Source: Azolla caroliniana
Lineage: Eukaryota > Plantae > Polypodiophyta
Direction: 5' to 3'
Assembly (NCBI GenBank): GCA_043228905.1
Contig: JBHGNT010000014.1
Span: forward strand, 6,882,001-6,946,000
Length of the DNA: 64,000 nt
Notes under the pieces: model-generated
What the model was told of the DNA's origin: nothing
The model's database searches: none
Seen by the model: the letters and a program-made list of their open reading frames with translations, nothing else
Part shown: positions 38,300 through 49,669 of the stretch, in pieces
How the letters are laid out: each line of letters starts with the position of its first letter
Position numbering within the stretch: the stretch's first letter is position 1
Made by a program: the position numbers and the translations under genes

Positions 38300-40999
38300 T
38301 CATTGTTCACCCAAATTGTCCAAAATACTTTGTTCAAGAATTTCCACTTGTTCTTCCGGTTGTGGTTCTTGCGGCTGTGCTTGCTGCTGCTGCTGTGGTT
38401 GCGGTTGGGACTGAGGCTGCTCCGGCTGCTCTGCTTGCTGCTGCTGCTCTGTTTGTTCCGCTGACTCCGGTTGCTCCGTTTGTCTCTCTGACTCCGGCAT
38501 CTCCGTTTGACTGCTTCCGGTCCGGTCTCCTTCCAGTAACGGTTCCTCATCACTGAGGTTGACCGTAACCGGTTCTCGTTCTTTCTCTCCCCGGATCCGA
38601 GACCTCTCGTAGCTTTCAAACTGGATCTGCGCCTCCAGCCTGTCGTCGTCCAGCTGAGCTACAAGTTGCCGGACTTGCTCTAGTTGGTCCTCTGCCAAGG
38701 CTTGAAAGTCTTCGGCTAGCTCATCTCTTATGCCGGTGAAGTCTTCGGAATTCAGCATATAGCAATCATCTCCCTCCTTCCGCCGGTTCTCTACGTCGGG
38801 CCGGAGCAATTGGAGTTCCGCCGCGTTCGTGGCCCACTTGGTCCACCATTTGACGGACCCGTTGTCAATCAAGCTCTTGGTCTGGTTCAACCAGGCCCGC
38901 ATTATATCCTGGATGCGACTTGCCCCCATTTGCGCTCTGCTTTCCACCACTTGTCGCTCCTCCTTCAACTGCTTGATGAGATTTGCCGTATCCTCCGCCT
39001 GCTCTCTGTAGCGCGTCAGCTGCCCTTGATATGTCGTTTGCAGCCTCTGCAGTACCTCCGCCGCTCTTTCTTTTTCCGCCTGCTGTTGCCTGAGGAGCTC
39101 TGTCCGAACCTTCTCCGCCTCTTCCAACCGTCTTCTGTTTTCCGCTTGTTCCTTGGCGAATGCGGTTGCGGTCCGATCAACTGCTTGCCGGAGCTCATCC
39201 GTCCGTTCCTTGTGCTCCATTTGCAACCGTTTATACTCCCGGTGCAAGTTCTCAAATTCCTCTGTTTTTTGTTTGAGCTTGTCGTTGATCTGGCGATGGT
39301 TCCGGTCTTCCCGGTCCTTTACCTGCCGGAGTTCCTCTTTCAGGCGCTCTACTTCTGTTTCGGCGTTCCTCCGGAGCCTCTCCTTCTCTTGCAGCATTTT
39401 CTCCTTCTCCTCCTTGAGCCGGTCGTACGCTTGGTGGCCTTTCCGTAAGCTCTCCTCGGCCCGGCGTAGATTCTCAGCAGTCTTTTTGAGTTCTGCCTCC
39501 GCTGCCGTCTTCAATTCTCTTTCGCGGCTCCTCAGCGCTTCTTGGGCAGCTAGCTCATCCTTTAAGTCCGCAAGCTCTTGGGCTTGTGCCGCATTTCTTT
39601 CCGGAACGGTTTCCGTTGCCGGGGTCTGATTGCTATGTACAGGTTGATTTGACACTTTATTCTGTACATTGCCCGGAGTCACCGGTGCTTGGACTTGTGT
39701 TGTCAAAGCGAATTGAGCCATTTCCCTTGTGACCCTGTCCAAGTCTTGTTCAAGGCTCCGGATTCTGGACCGGGCCGTCTCTAGATCTACGGTTGTGACG
39801 AGCAACCGTTCCTGGTGCGCTCTCTCTTCCGCCTCTATATACTCGACCGCTCCGGCGATTTGCTCGCCTACCCACCGTAGCCACATGCTACTGGTGCCTT
39901 GTTGCTGTACTGGTCGGGTCGGCTCATTCCCTGTGGAATTGTCTGGCCTAAGTGCCTGCATATGCCGTTCTGGTTCTACTCCTTGGCCGCCGTGTGCTCT
40001 GGCTGGGCTCGCCGGCTGTTGAGTTCCGGTTCTCGCCGTCTCCGGAGCCGTTGGACTGACTTCTTCTATAGAAGTCGACAAGACCGGTTCCCTACGCACC
40101 GGTTCCGGTTCTTCCCTTGCGGTTTGCTCAGGTTGAGTTGGGGGCGTTTCTGCCTCTCGCGGGTACGACCGCTCCCCTCCTGTCTCGGCGGCCCTACTTC
40201 TTGACCGTCGTTGGAGGTGCTCTTCTGGCTCCTCCGTTTCCTCTTCCTGTGTCACGGCATGTTTCTGTGCCGTCAAGGGTTCCGGTTCCTTCTGTCCCGG
40301 TCTCCGTAAGGTTATCTTGACGGGTCGGACCGGTGACACCTCCTCCGGTTCTGGGACCCGTTTCTTCCCTTTCGTCGCCTTCGACGCCAGCAGCTGCTGT
40401 CGTTTGGACGCCGGCTTCGAGGTGCTTCCTTCCGATACTCTTGGCCGCTTCTTTGGCTGAACGGTCTCGACCGGCGGCACGAGCAATGTTATCCACTGAG
40501 CGACGGCATGCCACAGCTTCCGGCCCTCCTTGCCGTCCTTTCCTCGTACCATGTCGATTGCCACGCACAAACCGTCTGCAATCAACACCGGCCAATCCAC
40601 CTTGGTCCCTTCATAGGTGGCTATGATCATCCCTGCCCGATTTTTTGGCATGACAGGGGGTCGGGGGTACACGTGGCCGTACTCATGGAGCACTCGAGCT
40701 ATCTCCCTGAACAGCGGATCTTCGCCGCCCTGCGTTCGATAGCCTTTGCCGGCAACAGAGTACTCACCGAAATATCGGGTGAGTTGCTCCGAGGTTGGAT
40801 TATCAATCTGAAAAATTCGTCCCTCCGGAAGGCCTGTTAGCGCACGGATCGCTTCCTCGGTGATGACTTCCTTGTCGAGCTCCTTGATGACCTGGTCGGC
40901 TTCTCTGTGCGGTGGTGCTTCCATGATGGCCAAGAACCCCTCCAGTCCGTGTTGCCTGAACCATTTCCTGGCCGCTTCCGACAGCGTTTGTGGTTCCAT
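38300..40999 (-). CDS. extra 3' ORF of element E, 899 aa, long coiled-coil, unknown function
   Basis: Uninterrupted ORF between integrase and 3' LTR; E/R/Q-rich heptad region and Q/P-rich tail. Confidence 0.85.
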   Translation of the reverse strand: MEPQTLSEAARKWFRQHGLEGFLAIMEAPPHREADQVIKELDKEVITEEAIRALTGLPEGRIFQIDNPTSEQLTRYFGEYSVAGKGYRTQGGEDPLFREIARVLHEYGHVYPRPPVMPKNRAGMIIATYEGTKVDWPVLIADGLCVAIDMVRGKDGKEGRKLWHAVAQWITLLVPPVETVQPKKRPRVSEGSTSKPASKRQQLLASKATKGKKRVPEPEEVSPVRPVKITLRRPGQKEPEPLTAQKHAVTQEEETEEPEEHLQRRSRSRAAETGGERSYPREAETPPTQPEQTAREEPEPVRREPVLSTSIEEVSPTAPETARTGTQQPASPARAHGGQGVEPERHMQALRPDNSTGNEPTRPVQQQGTSSMWLRWVGEQIAGAVEYIEAEERAHQERLLVTTVDLETARSRIRSLEQDLDRVTREMAQFALTTQVQAPVTPGNVQNKVSNQPVHSNQTPATETVPERNAAQAQELADLKDELAAQEALRSRERELKTAAEAELKKTAENLRRAEESLRKGHQAYDRLKEEKEKMLQEKERLRRNAETEVERLKEELRQVKDREDRNHRQINDKLKQKTEEFENLHREYKRLQMEHKERTDELRQAVDRTATAFAKEQAENRRRLEEAEKVRTELLRQQQAEKERAAEVLQRLQTTYQGQLTRYREQAEDTANLIKQLKEERQVVESRAQMGASRIQDIMRAWLNQTKSLIDNGSVKWWTKWATNAAELQLLRPDVENRRKEGDDCYMLNSEDFTGIRDELAEDFQALAEDQLEQVRQLVAQLDDDRLEAQIQFESYERSRIRGEKEREPVTVNLSDEEPLLEGDRTGSSQTEMPESERQTEQPESAEQTEQQQQAEQPEQPQSQPQPQQQQQAQPQEPQPEEQVEILEQSILDNLGEQ

Positions 41000-41325
41000 G
41001 TCTGCTTCGAGGTCGAGGGAAGATGGCGAGGTAGAGTGGTGATGAGAGTGAGGACGAGAGAGAGAGCGTTCTGAACGTGGGGGTTCTCTGCGTGCAGGTT
41101 CGCGTTTGCTCAGCTTCCACTATCTTGGTGCTTCTGTGCTTCTTGGCTCGCGAAATGAAAAGGTCTCCATGCGTTCTGCTTCTTCTTTGTGCGTTTTGGC
41201 GCCTTTTTCGAGCATGCACACGTCGTGTACCAATTTAGTATTAAGTAGTGTGGCGTCTCTTAAATGCCCACTACGTACCTTTTCGCTCCTTGCTTTCACA
41301 CCCGTTCATACCTCGATTTTTAATG

Positions 41326-41333
41326 TTTTTTTT

Positions 41334-41366
<33 letters not shown>
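41326..41366. repeat. poly(T) tract (poly(A) on element strand) in pol/extra-ORF spacer
   Basis: A 32-T run plus an adjacent shorter run. Confidence 0.9.
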
Positions 41367-41691
41367 CAATTTTTAATGACGGTGGGTGACCTTACACATC
41401 CGTAGGTCCCTTCGGACCCTTACCGTTTTCCTTACGGGTTGCCGTGTCTTCCTTCGTCTCTGCTACGGGTTCCCCGTCGTCTTTTTCTTCCGGATCGATC
41501 CGTACCGATCCCGGACAGGTTCCCGGTATAGTGCCGGTTTGCTGCATAAACGGGTTCTTTGGCATCGGTCCTTTATAGGGCTTTAGTCGAAATCCGTTCA
41601 CCCACTTGCCTAGTACTTCACCGGCAAGTGTCCCTATCTGATAGGACCCGTTGTATTCCCTTGTCAGCCAATACGGGCCTGTCCATCTGAA

Positions 41692-44628
41692 TCAGAGTTT
41701 ACCCGGCATCTTGCCCATCCTCGTTTGGAATACTAGCACCGGCTTTCCAATTTCGAACATCTTCTCATTACCTTTCCGGTGACGGTCAACGAACGCTTTC
41801 CGTCGTCGCTGCTCCAGTTCCATGTGTAGGATGCTGGCCAGCCGTTGCTCCTCCAATTCGCATAGTGCTGCTAGCCGCATTTCCTCCGACTTCTTTTCAT
41901 TCAGCCGTTCCCGTAGTTGGATCCGTAAGCTTGGTACCTGAAACTCGACTGGCATGACCGCTTCTAAGCCGAATGCTAACCGGAACGGCGTTGTCCGGAT
42001 ACTTGTTTTGTATGCCGTTCGGTACGCCCATCGCGCGCTATGGAGCTTTGTATCCCAGTCCGTCCGGTTTTCGTTGACGATTTTGCGGAGAATGTTCTGC
42101 AGCGTTTTGTTGGTGGACTCTGCTAACCCGTTCCCCTGTGGGTAGTACGGTGTGCTTCGTTTATGGACCACGGCATAGAACGTTGTTAAGCTTTCCACTA
42201 CCTGGCCGAGGAAGTGGCCTCCTTGGTCGCTGATTAATTCAATCGGACATCCATATCGGCACCAAATGTTTTCGTACAGGAATTTTGCTGTGGATGACGC
42301 GGTGTTGTCTCTCAGGGCCTTAGCTTCCACCCATTTAGTGCAATAATCCGTTGCCACGATGACATAACGATTACCCGTTCTCATTGCCGGTGGCTTGAAC
42401 GGTCCGACAAAATCCAACCCCCACTTCTGGAATGGCTCTAGTGGAAGTACCGGTTGGTGTGGCATCCGTGCTTGCTCCGTAGGCTGGCCCATTCGTTGGC
42501 ATAGGTCGCATTCCTTAGCATACTTGACGGCGTCTTTTAACGTCGTGGGCCACCACAAGCCGCTCTGCCATACTTTCCTTGCCGTCGCTTCCCCGGCATA
42601 GTGTCCTCCGGCAACCCCACAGTGTGCTTCCCGTAAGATTACTTCTTTCTCGTCACTACGGACTGCCCGTCTCCATATTCCATCTGCTCCCTTGTGGTAG
42701 AGAGTGTCCCGTAATAGACAGAAATTGCGGCTCTGCACTGCCAGTCGTTTCCTCTCGTCCCGGTTCATTTCCTCCGGTGGCAGGCCCGTGCTTAGAAACT
42801 GGTGCATGTTTGTCAGCCACCTATCTTGTGATGCCACCGTGCCGTCCGCTGCCGTTTCCGGGGTGATACGGAATAACTCTGCGTCCGGGAATTCATCCGC
42901 TACTCCGTCGCCTGGTTCTCCGGACTCTAATCGGCTTAGATAGTCTGCTACGGCATGCTGGATACCGGGCCGGTGGAAAATCTCGAATTCGAACTCCTGC
43001 AACAGCAAGGTCCAACGGGCCAATTTACCGGTCAGGGACGCCTTGGACACTAAGTACAGGAGCGCCGAGTGGTCCACATGAAAGGAGAACTTCCTTCCCA
43101 ATAGGTAATGCCGAAACTTTGTTACACTGTAGATCATGCCCAGGGCCTCCCGTTCCGTCGTTGAATAGTTCTTCTCCGCTTGGGACAGCTTCCGGCTGGC
43201 GTAATATACCGGCCGGTACCATTTGGGCTCCGTAAGTTGCATTAAGGCGCTGCCGATAGCGATGTCGGAAGCGTCAACGAACACATGAAATTCCTTGCTC
43301 CAATCCGGAGGTTGCACGACGGGTGCTTGCGACAAAAGTACCTTCAGGGCATTGTATGCCTTATCCTCCGTCTCCGTCCATTGGAACGGTGTCCGATGTA
43401 CCGCGGTGTGTAATGGTGTCGCCAAGTCCGCCAAGTGACGGAGCATCCGGCTGTGCCACCGGATTTGTCCTAAGAATCGGCTTAGTGCTTTGGCTGTTTT
43501 CGGTGCCGGTGCCCCTAGTATAGCGTTTACTTTATCCGGGTCGACCGCAATGCCCTCCTTACTTACAATGTGTCCCAACAATATTCCACTTGAAACCCCA
43601 AAGATGCATTTTGCTGGGTTTAAGCTTAGCCGATATAACCTACACTTTTCAAGGCATAACCGTAGGTGCTGCAAATGGTCTTTTCCCCGGCTATAGACTC
43701 CAAAATCATCCAGGAAAACTTGCATGAAGGCAGGAATGTATTCGCCGAAGATCTCCATGATGATTCGCTGGAACGTTGCTGGTGCCGTTTTTAGGCCGAA
43801 CATCATGACTTCGGCCACAAACACCCCCCATTCGGTGACGAACGCTGTCTTCTCCTGGTCGTCCGGGTGCATCCGGATTTGATTGTACCCGCTGAACCCG
43901 TCTAGAAAGCTATAAACTTCATGACCGGCGACGGCATCCAGTACTCCGTCCGTGAACGGAAGAGGGAATGCATCCGTAATTGTGGCGGCATTTAGTTTCC
44001 TGTAATCTACACACACACGGATTTTACCGTTCTTCTTGGGGACGACGACGATGGGGCTTAGCCACGTCGCTTTCTTTACCGGCCGGATGAAGCCCACTCT
44101 TAGGAGTTTGTCGATTTCCTCCTTCACTTTGGCGGGGTAGTTGGGGTTCATTCGGTAACGTCGTTGCGCCACTGGTTTCGCGTCCTTGCCTAAGTGGATC
44201 TGATGCTGATATAATTGAGGGTCCAGCCCTCGCATGTCCTCGTATGACCAGGCGAATATGTCGCGAAACTCCGTGAGAAGTTTGATCATCGCCGCTTTAT
44301 CTTCCGGCTTCATTTCTTTGGCGATGTGAACCGGCTTTGATTCGTCCTTGCTTCCTAGGTTCACTTCGTCGAGCTGGGATGTTTTTACCCGTTGGGAAAC
44401 GACCATTTCCCGTTCCAATGCTTCCTGTGCTTGCCGTAATTCCCGAATTGCATCTTTGTCTGGTTCGGCTTCGGTGTCGTCCCGCTGCGGCAAGTATGGC
44501 GCTACGGCTTCAGCTACGTCAATCTCGAAGAGTGGTACGATCTTCGGGTGTTCCTCCAAGTACTGGGCTTCTTCGTCGTCTGCCAATCCTTCAAGCATGT
44601 TCACACATTCCGCATACAGCGGTGTGCA
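41692..44628 (-). CDS. gypsy pol (RT-RNase H-integrase), N-truncated, nonsense codon in integrase C-terminus
   Basis: VCVDYRKLN, FLDDF, FVDASD, HCGVAGGH..CDLC, ISDQG. The TGA at 41692-41694 is followed in frame by FRWTGPYW. Confidence 0.92.
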   Translation of the reverse strand, partial: CTPLYAECVNMLEGLADDEEAQYLEEHPKIVPLFEIDVAEAVAPYLPQRDDTEAEPDKDAIRELRQAQEALEREMVVSQRVKTSQLDEVNLGSKDESKPVHIAKEMKPEDKAAMIKLLTEFRDIFAWSYEDMRGLDPQLYQHQIHLGKDAKPVAQRRYRMNPNYPAKVKEEIDKLLRVGFIRPVKKATWLSPIVVVPKKNGKIRVCVDYRKLNAATITDAFPLPFTDGVLDAVAGHEVYSFLDGFSGYNQIRMHPDDQEKTAFVTEWGVFVAEVMMFGLKTAPATFQRIIMEIFGEYIPAFMQVFLDDFGVYSRGKDHLQHLRLCLEKCRLYRLSLNPAKCIFGVSSGILLGHIVSKEGIAVDPDKVNAILGAPAPKTAKALSRFLGQIRWHSRMLRHLADLATPLHTAVHRTPFQWTETEDKAYNALKVLLSQAPVVQPPDWSKEFHVFVDASDIAIGSALMQLTEPKWYRPVYYASRKLSQAEKNYSTTEREALGMIYSVTKFRHYLLGRKFSFHVDHSALLYLVSKASLTGKLARWTLLLQEFEFEIFHRPGIQHAVADYLSRLESGEPGDGVADEFPDAELFRITPETAADGTVASQDRWLTNMHQFLSTGLPPEEMNRDERKRLAVQSRNFCLLRDTLYHKGADGIWRRAVRSDEKEVILREAHCGVAGGHYAGEATARKVWQSGLWWPTTLKDAVKYAKECDLCQRMGQPTEQARMPHQPVLPLEPFQKWGLDFVGPFKPPAMRTGNRYVIVATDYCTKWVEAKALRDNTASSTAKFLYENIWCRYGCPIELISDQGGHFLGQVVESLTTFYAVVHKRSTPYYPQGNGLAESTNKTLQNILRKIVNENRTDWDTKLHSARWAYRTAYKTSIRTTPFRLAFGLEAVMPVEFQVPSLRIQLRERLNEKKSEEMRLAALCELEEQRLASILHMELEQRRRKAFVDRHRKGNEKMFEIGKPVLVFQTRMGKMPGKL

Positions 44629-47600
44629 TGTTATTCGCTTAGCCGGACAAGGCCTAACACAAGGTGTCACGGAGACACTTCACCAAAGGGGTGATTACGG
44701 CATAGGATTAAGATTCAACGATTACACCGACTTACGTAGGTTACACGATTAGATTGCTTTGGTTAATTACACGCGTAAGATATAACAGTGATTACAGAAC
44801 GGAAATCAAGACAGAAGTATAAACATCATAAGCTCTATTAATTATCCGCTGCGATTACAATGGGGTCCGGGCCTTTAAATAGGTTTCCGGCCCGTAGTAC
44901 AAAACGGTGCCTATCGCACCTATTCGGGATCCGTCCGGATCTGGAACGGCATACCGTTTCCAGTCCGTCCGTCCACACTATGCTCATTTACAACCATATT
45001 TAATTAATTCCTTCACTCCGTATTTTGGACTCCTTGCCGGCCGGTAACAAAGATGACATCCCGACTTACACGAGTCTTCCGAGTAGAGGGGTTGAAGCAC
45101 TTGTACCCGTACCCCATGAGGATGCACTTCTCTGATTTTGGGTCAAACTTCTGCCTCTTCTCATCGGGAATGTGCAAGTATGCAATGCAGCCGAATATCC
45201 TTGCATGGGATAGATCCGGCTTCTTCCCATAGCATTTCTCGTGCGGGGTGACCTTGTGCACTCCAGATGTTGTACACCGGTTCATGAGGTAGACGGCAAT
45301 ATTTACAGCTTCTACCCAATATGACTTGGGCATATACTTCTCATTTAGCATGGCCCTTGACACTTCAAGGATGTGCCGATTCTTGTGTGTGGCTACACCG
45401 TTCTGTTGTGGTGTGTGTCGGCCAGTGAATTCTCTCCAAATTCCTTCTTGTCGAAGGTATGCCGTGAACACATCGGAGAAGTATTCCTTTCCTCCGTCTA
45501 ACCGAAGACATCATACATGACGCCCAGTTGTCTTTTCGACTTCGCTTTTGAATTTTTGGAAGTGTGTAAACACTTCTCTCTTCATCCTCATGGGAAAGAT
45601 CCATGTGTATCTAGAGAAGTCATCGATGAAGGTAACATAGTACCGACATCCTCCGAACGTAGCCGTTTGTGCCGGTCCCCACACATCCGAGTGGACCACG
45701 TTCAATAGGCCTTTGCTCACGTTCCTCTCCTTCAGGAACAGGTGTCGATGTTGCTTGCCGAATTGGCATGCTTCACATACTCCTTCAATCTCTTTCTCTT
45801 TGAAGGTCGGGAGCCCAATGACAACTCCTTTCGATTGCATCGCCTTGAGTTTGTTGAGATTGATATGGCCGATGCTTTTATGCCATAGCTCCATGTCGAT
45901 GTTGTGTTTGAGGCCCTTTGCAAACAACACTGATTTTACCTCGTTTTCTTCGAGGATAAACATTTGGCCTTCCCCTCGACCACGAGCAATTAGTCGGCCT
46001 TCCTTCTCGATGAAGAAACCTCCTTGGTTGAATCGAACTTGCATCCCTTGCTCCACAATTTGGCCGACTAAGACCAAATTCTTCGTTATGGTGGGTACAT
46101 GTAAGACATTTTTTATGTAAGTTTGTTCACCTTCTCTCCCGAATGGGACATTGCCAACATGCCGAATCAGATGAGTAGTGTCATCTCCAGTCTCGACATA
46201 ACCAGGTCGATCCGGCTCTCGAAGGTCTTTGAACCATTCTTGATGGGACGTCATATGGTTCGTAGCACTGGAGTCGACGAACCATACATCTTCTGGATTG
46301 GAGGCATTAGTCGAAGTAGAGGCCGACATAGGATTTGCTCTATGTCTCATTACAAACATTCCGCCATGATCTTCATAGTCGGAGTTGGTGGCGTAATTGG
46401 TGAGTTGTCGACTTGTGGAAGCCGACTCGCGCTTCTTCTTTCGGCACTCGTCTTCATGGTGGCCGATTTTTCCGCAATAACCGCATTCGATCAAGTTTTG
46501 TCGACTCAAACCAAAATGTAAGCTCCCCCTTCTTCCGAAGGTTCCTCGATGGCTTCCATCTTGTTGCCGAATTTGGGAGTTGTTGTCGTAAGTCGGACCT
46601 CGTCCGCCGCCTCATCCTTGGCCGAATCGGCCTCTTGCTCGGCCGCGTCCTCTTCCTCCATTCGAATGCGTGTAGAGCATGTGGCCTTCCAAGGCGTTGC
46701 TCCTTGTTCGAACATGATTCTCTTCGACCAATAACATAGATTGAAGATCAAAGAAAGAGGGAGGATTCTCTCTTGCTAGGACGGCAGTTCTCATCGAGCC
46801 GAACCGTGGTGCAAGGCCGTCGAGGCATATTTGCACCATCTGATCATCATCCACATTGACACTTATTGAGCCGAACGAGTCACAAAGCTCCTTGATCCTC
46901 AAGGTGTAGCTTGTGATGGATATGTCCCGTTGTTGGATGTTGTTCAACCCTTGGCGGAGTTGAAGCTTCCTCGCGGTCGTGTTGGCGGAGAAAACCTTTC
47001 ATAGATTTTCCCACGCTTCCTTTGGCGTCTCGGCTTCTCGAATGTAGACGACCATGTGGTCGTGAACACATGTTGCCAAGCAATACATTACTCGACTCGC
47101 CACTTGCTCCTATGTTGAGTAGTCGGCGTCTTCCGGGTCGGGTCGGTTTTCTTGTGCTCCCTTGATGGAACCCCAATAGCCTTGGCCAACGAGGTATTGG
47201 TGCATCTTGTACTCCCAAGATGCGAAGTTGTTTCAGTCCAACTTCTCGCTAGGGAGAGAGCTCCCCATTTGAGTATTCATGGTGTTCGATATAGATTTCT
47301 TCCTTCTTCATCTCTCTTGAATACGAGCTATGTAATCGCACTACAATAGCGATGAGCCGGTTCTTCTTGAATGTTGGTGTAGAGCTCAACACACGCGGAT
47401 GGGCTAGATGGAGCTACCAAACCGCTCTGATACCATGTAAATGAAAATAATGGCGTGCGGAAGCAATATAGGAAAACCGAACAACAGAAAACGCAGGTTT
47501 AATGGAAAGCTTAGGTCTTCACAGTACGCACGGGGGAAGACAGAGAGAGAGTAACACAAGAACTTAAATTCAAAAAATAATACTCAATCTGTACATAGGA

Positions 47601-49629
47601 TGTGCTCAGTGAGCACTTTTATACAAGCCCTGACAGTGGGCTGACACAAGTACTGATAGTACTTGACTACTCATAAATGAGCCTTGACACTTACTCCCAA
47701 AACTATTCCTTACGAGGAATACCTTTCTAACGGCCTTTCGGTCTACGCATCGATACGGCCTTTCTACGCACCGGTCTGTGTACCGGTTTTATGCACGCAG
47801 TCTACGCACTGGTTACGCATCGTATTACGCACAAATGTTGAGCTTGTCTCTCAACACTCCCCCTCAAGCTCAACTTGAGGTTCCGCCTGCTCTGTCGGAC
47901 CTACGCTCCGGCTTCTCCTTGCTCCATGCCTCGCTCGCGCTCCTCGGCCTGTTCGACTCCGCGCGCTTTGGCCCTTCTGATCGGCTTGTCTGCTCCCATG
48001 GCCCTTCACAGGTCCCTTGCTGTCGCGGTGTTGGCGCTTCTCCTGCTGCCTTCTTTTCCGCTTCGCCCTCAGTTGATTCAGTGTATCTAAATCAAACATC
48101 TGAACCGACTCGGCTACCTCCGATCGGTTTTCGCTCTCGTCCGAGCTCTCATCCGAGTTGGCTGTCTCCAACTCGTCTCCGGTCTTCTCACCCTTGACGG
48201 CGTCATCTCCCCCATGCCTGGTTGGCTTTGGCTCTTTCTTTCGGCTACTCACCTTGTGTCCGCTTTCAGACTTTTCCACGGATCCGCTCTCGGCTTCTTC
48301 AGCCGATTTGAGGTCTTTTCCGCTCCTTTCCTGCTCCTTTTCGTGGTCATCTAGAACGTTTCTCCCCCTCAAATTCGGCATGTCGAAGTGACGCAATCCA
48401 AGCGCACTCGAAAATTGTTGCAACTTGTCCAGACCAAGAGGCTTGGTGAAGATGTCGGCGGTCTGCCGATCTGTCGGAACATATTGAAGTTCGATTTCAA
48501 CAGAAAGAACACGCTCACGGACAAAATGGTAGTGCACCTCAATGTGCTTGGTCCGTGCGTGGAAGATGGGGTTCTTCGCGAGTTGGATGCTGCTGAGGTT
48601 GTCGCAGTAGATCGTCGTCGGATTGGACACCTCCTCCTGCAGATCCTTAAGTAGCCACTTCACCCAAATGGCTTCGCATGTTGCGACAGCCGCTCCTCTA
48701 TACTCAGCTTCGGTGCTCGACAGTGCAATTGTCGACTGCTTCTTGCTACTCCACGCTATCGCGACACTCCCAAGAGAGAACGCATGTCCGAACGTGGATC
48801 GGTGATCGGCGACATTGCCGACCCAGTCGGCATCAGTGTAGCCAACCAACTGCGGGGCTGTATCGGTCCGATATAGCAGTCCGCGGTCCTTAGTGCCGCT
48901 TACGTACCGCTGTCGTGAAGAAAACCGCCCACAAGAGGAATCGGAGGAACAAGGCGTGGGAAACGGCTCTACACACACACGCGCGCCAAGAAGTACCTAA
49001 GGACGAAGTAGGTACATACGAGGATCCTAGGTGGGTAGATTCGGTTGGTATGCAGTTAATGCCAAACGGCCTCTTGACGGGCTATAAAAGGAAGAGGAAG
49101 AATAGAAGTGGGGATCTCCCGCGGAGAGGACGAAGTGCTGCCGAACCGATTTCGGAGCTTCTCTCTCACTCCTGCTCTCTCTGTCTTCTGCTCCATCGCG
49201 TACCTGTGCAGGTTTCGAGGAGGCTTGCGCTGTTCCGTGGAACGCCCCGAGTGCGTCCTGCAGCACCTCCGACCTGTTTTCCCTTTCTGTGCGTCGCGAC
49301 ATACAGGGGTCGGCAGCTGTTCGCCGCCCTGTTCGTTTTCGTTAGTATCTATTTTGTGCCCCACCGTGGGTTGTAATACTTTAGTCTGTTATTTTCTTGC
49401 GTTCATAAGCACATATCTCTCGTTGTTGCGTCCATCTGCGTCGGCGTCTATTTGTGATCTCTGTTTGTTGGGCCGTGTCCCTGTGCAATCGTCGGTTCTG
49501 CGCAATCGGATCTTCGGTTCTGTGTAATCGGGTCTCTCTCTCTTACTCCTCTCTCTCTTGCTCTTCGGTTCGAGACCCCCGTGGTCCCTCCTCCTTTCTA
49601 CACGCAAGGGCGTAGCAACCCCGACATCT

Positions 49630-49647
49630 TGGTGAACCCGACGTGAA
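49630..49647 (+). promoter_or_regulatory. PBS for tRNA-Trp
   Basis: TGGTGAACCCGACGTGAA, 3 nt after the LTR. Confidence 0.82.
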
Positions 49648-49669
49648 AGAGGCGGCAGAAGAGTAGGAA

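Larger units (their letters stand above)
37827..45049 (-). mobile_element. non-chromovirus gypsy E (Athila/Tat-related), TSD AAGAT
   Basis: 421-bp LTRs 37827-38247 and 44629-45049 (one mismatch seen by eye). AAGAT at 37822-37826 and 45050-45054. pol and an extra ORF on the minus strand. Confidence 0.95.
35835..47280 (-). pseudogene. copia B3 gag-pol (interrupted by E)
   Basis: CGYCGKIGHHEDEC, WFVDSSATNHM, integrase core, YTDADWVG, ARTKHIEVHYH. Confidence 0.88.

Noticed and set aside
38300-40999. env gene or host SMC/myosin-like gene
   Set aside because: No visible signal peptide or transmembrane segment, and no ATPase motifs. It is intronless and enclosed by the E LTRs.
44629-44670. ORF-track start MTPCVRPCPAKRIT as true pol N-terminus
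   Set aside because: These codons are LTR sequence read through; the same peptide heads ORF 37227..37868 at the other LTR.
48906-48910. 5-bp TSD ACCGC for C2
   Set aside because: It would have to use the terminal A of the 3' LTR; only a 4-bp duplication restores the host frame.
47851-48978. 375-aa stand-alone gene
   Set aside because: The start lies in the C2 LTR; the body is G RNase H plus its 3' extension.
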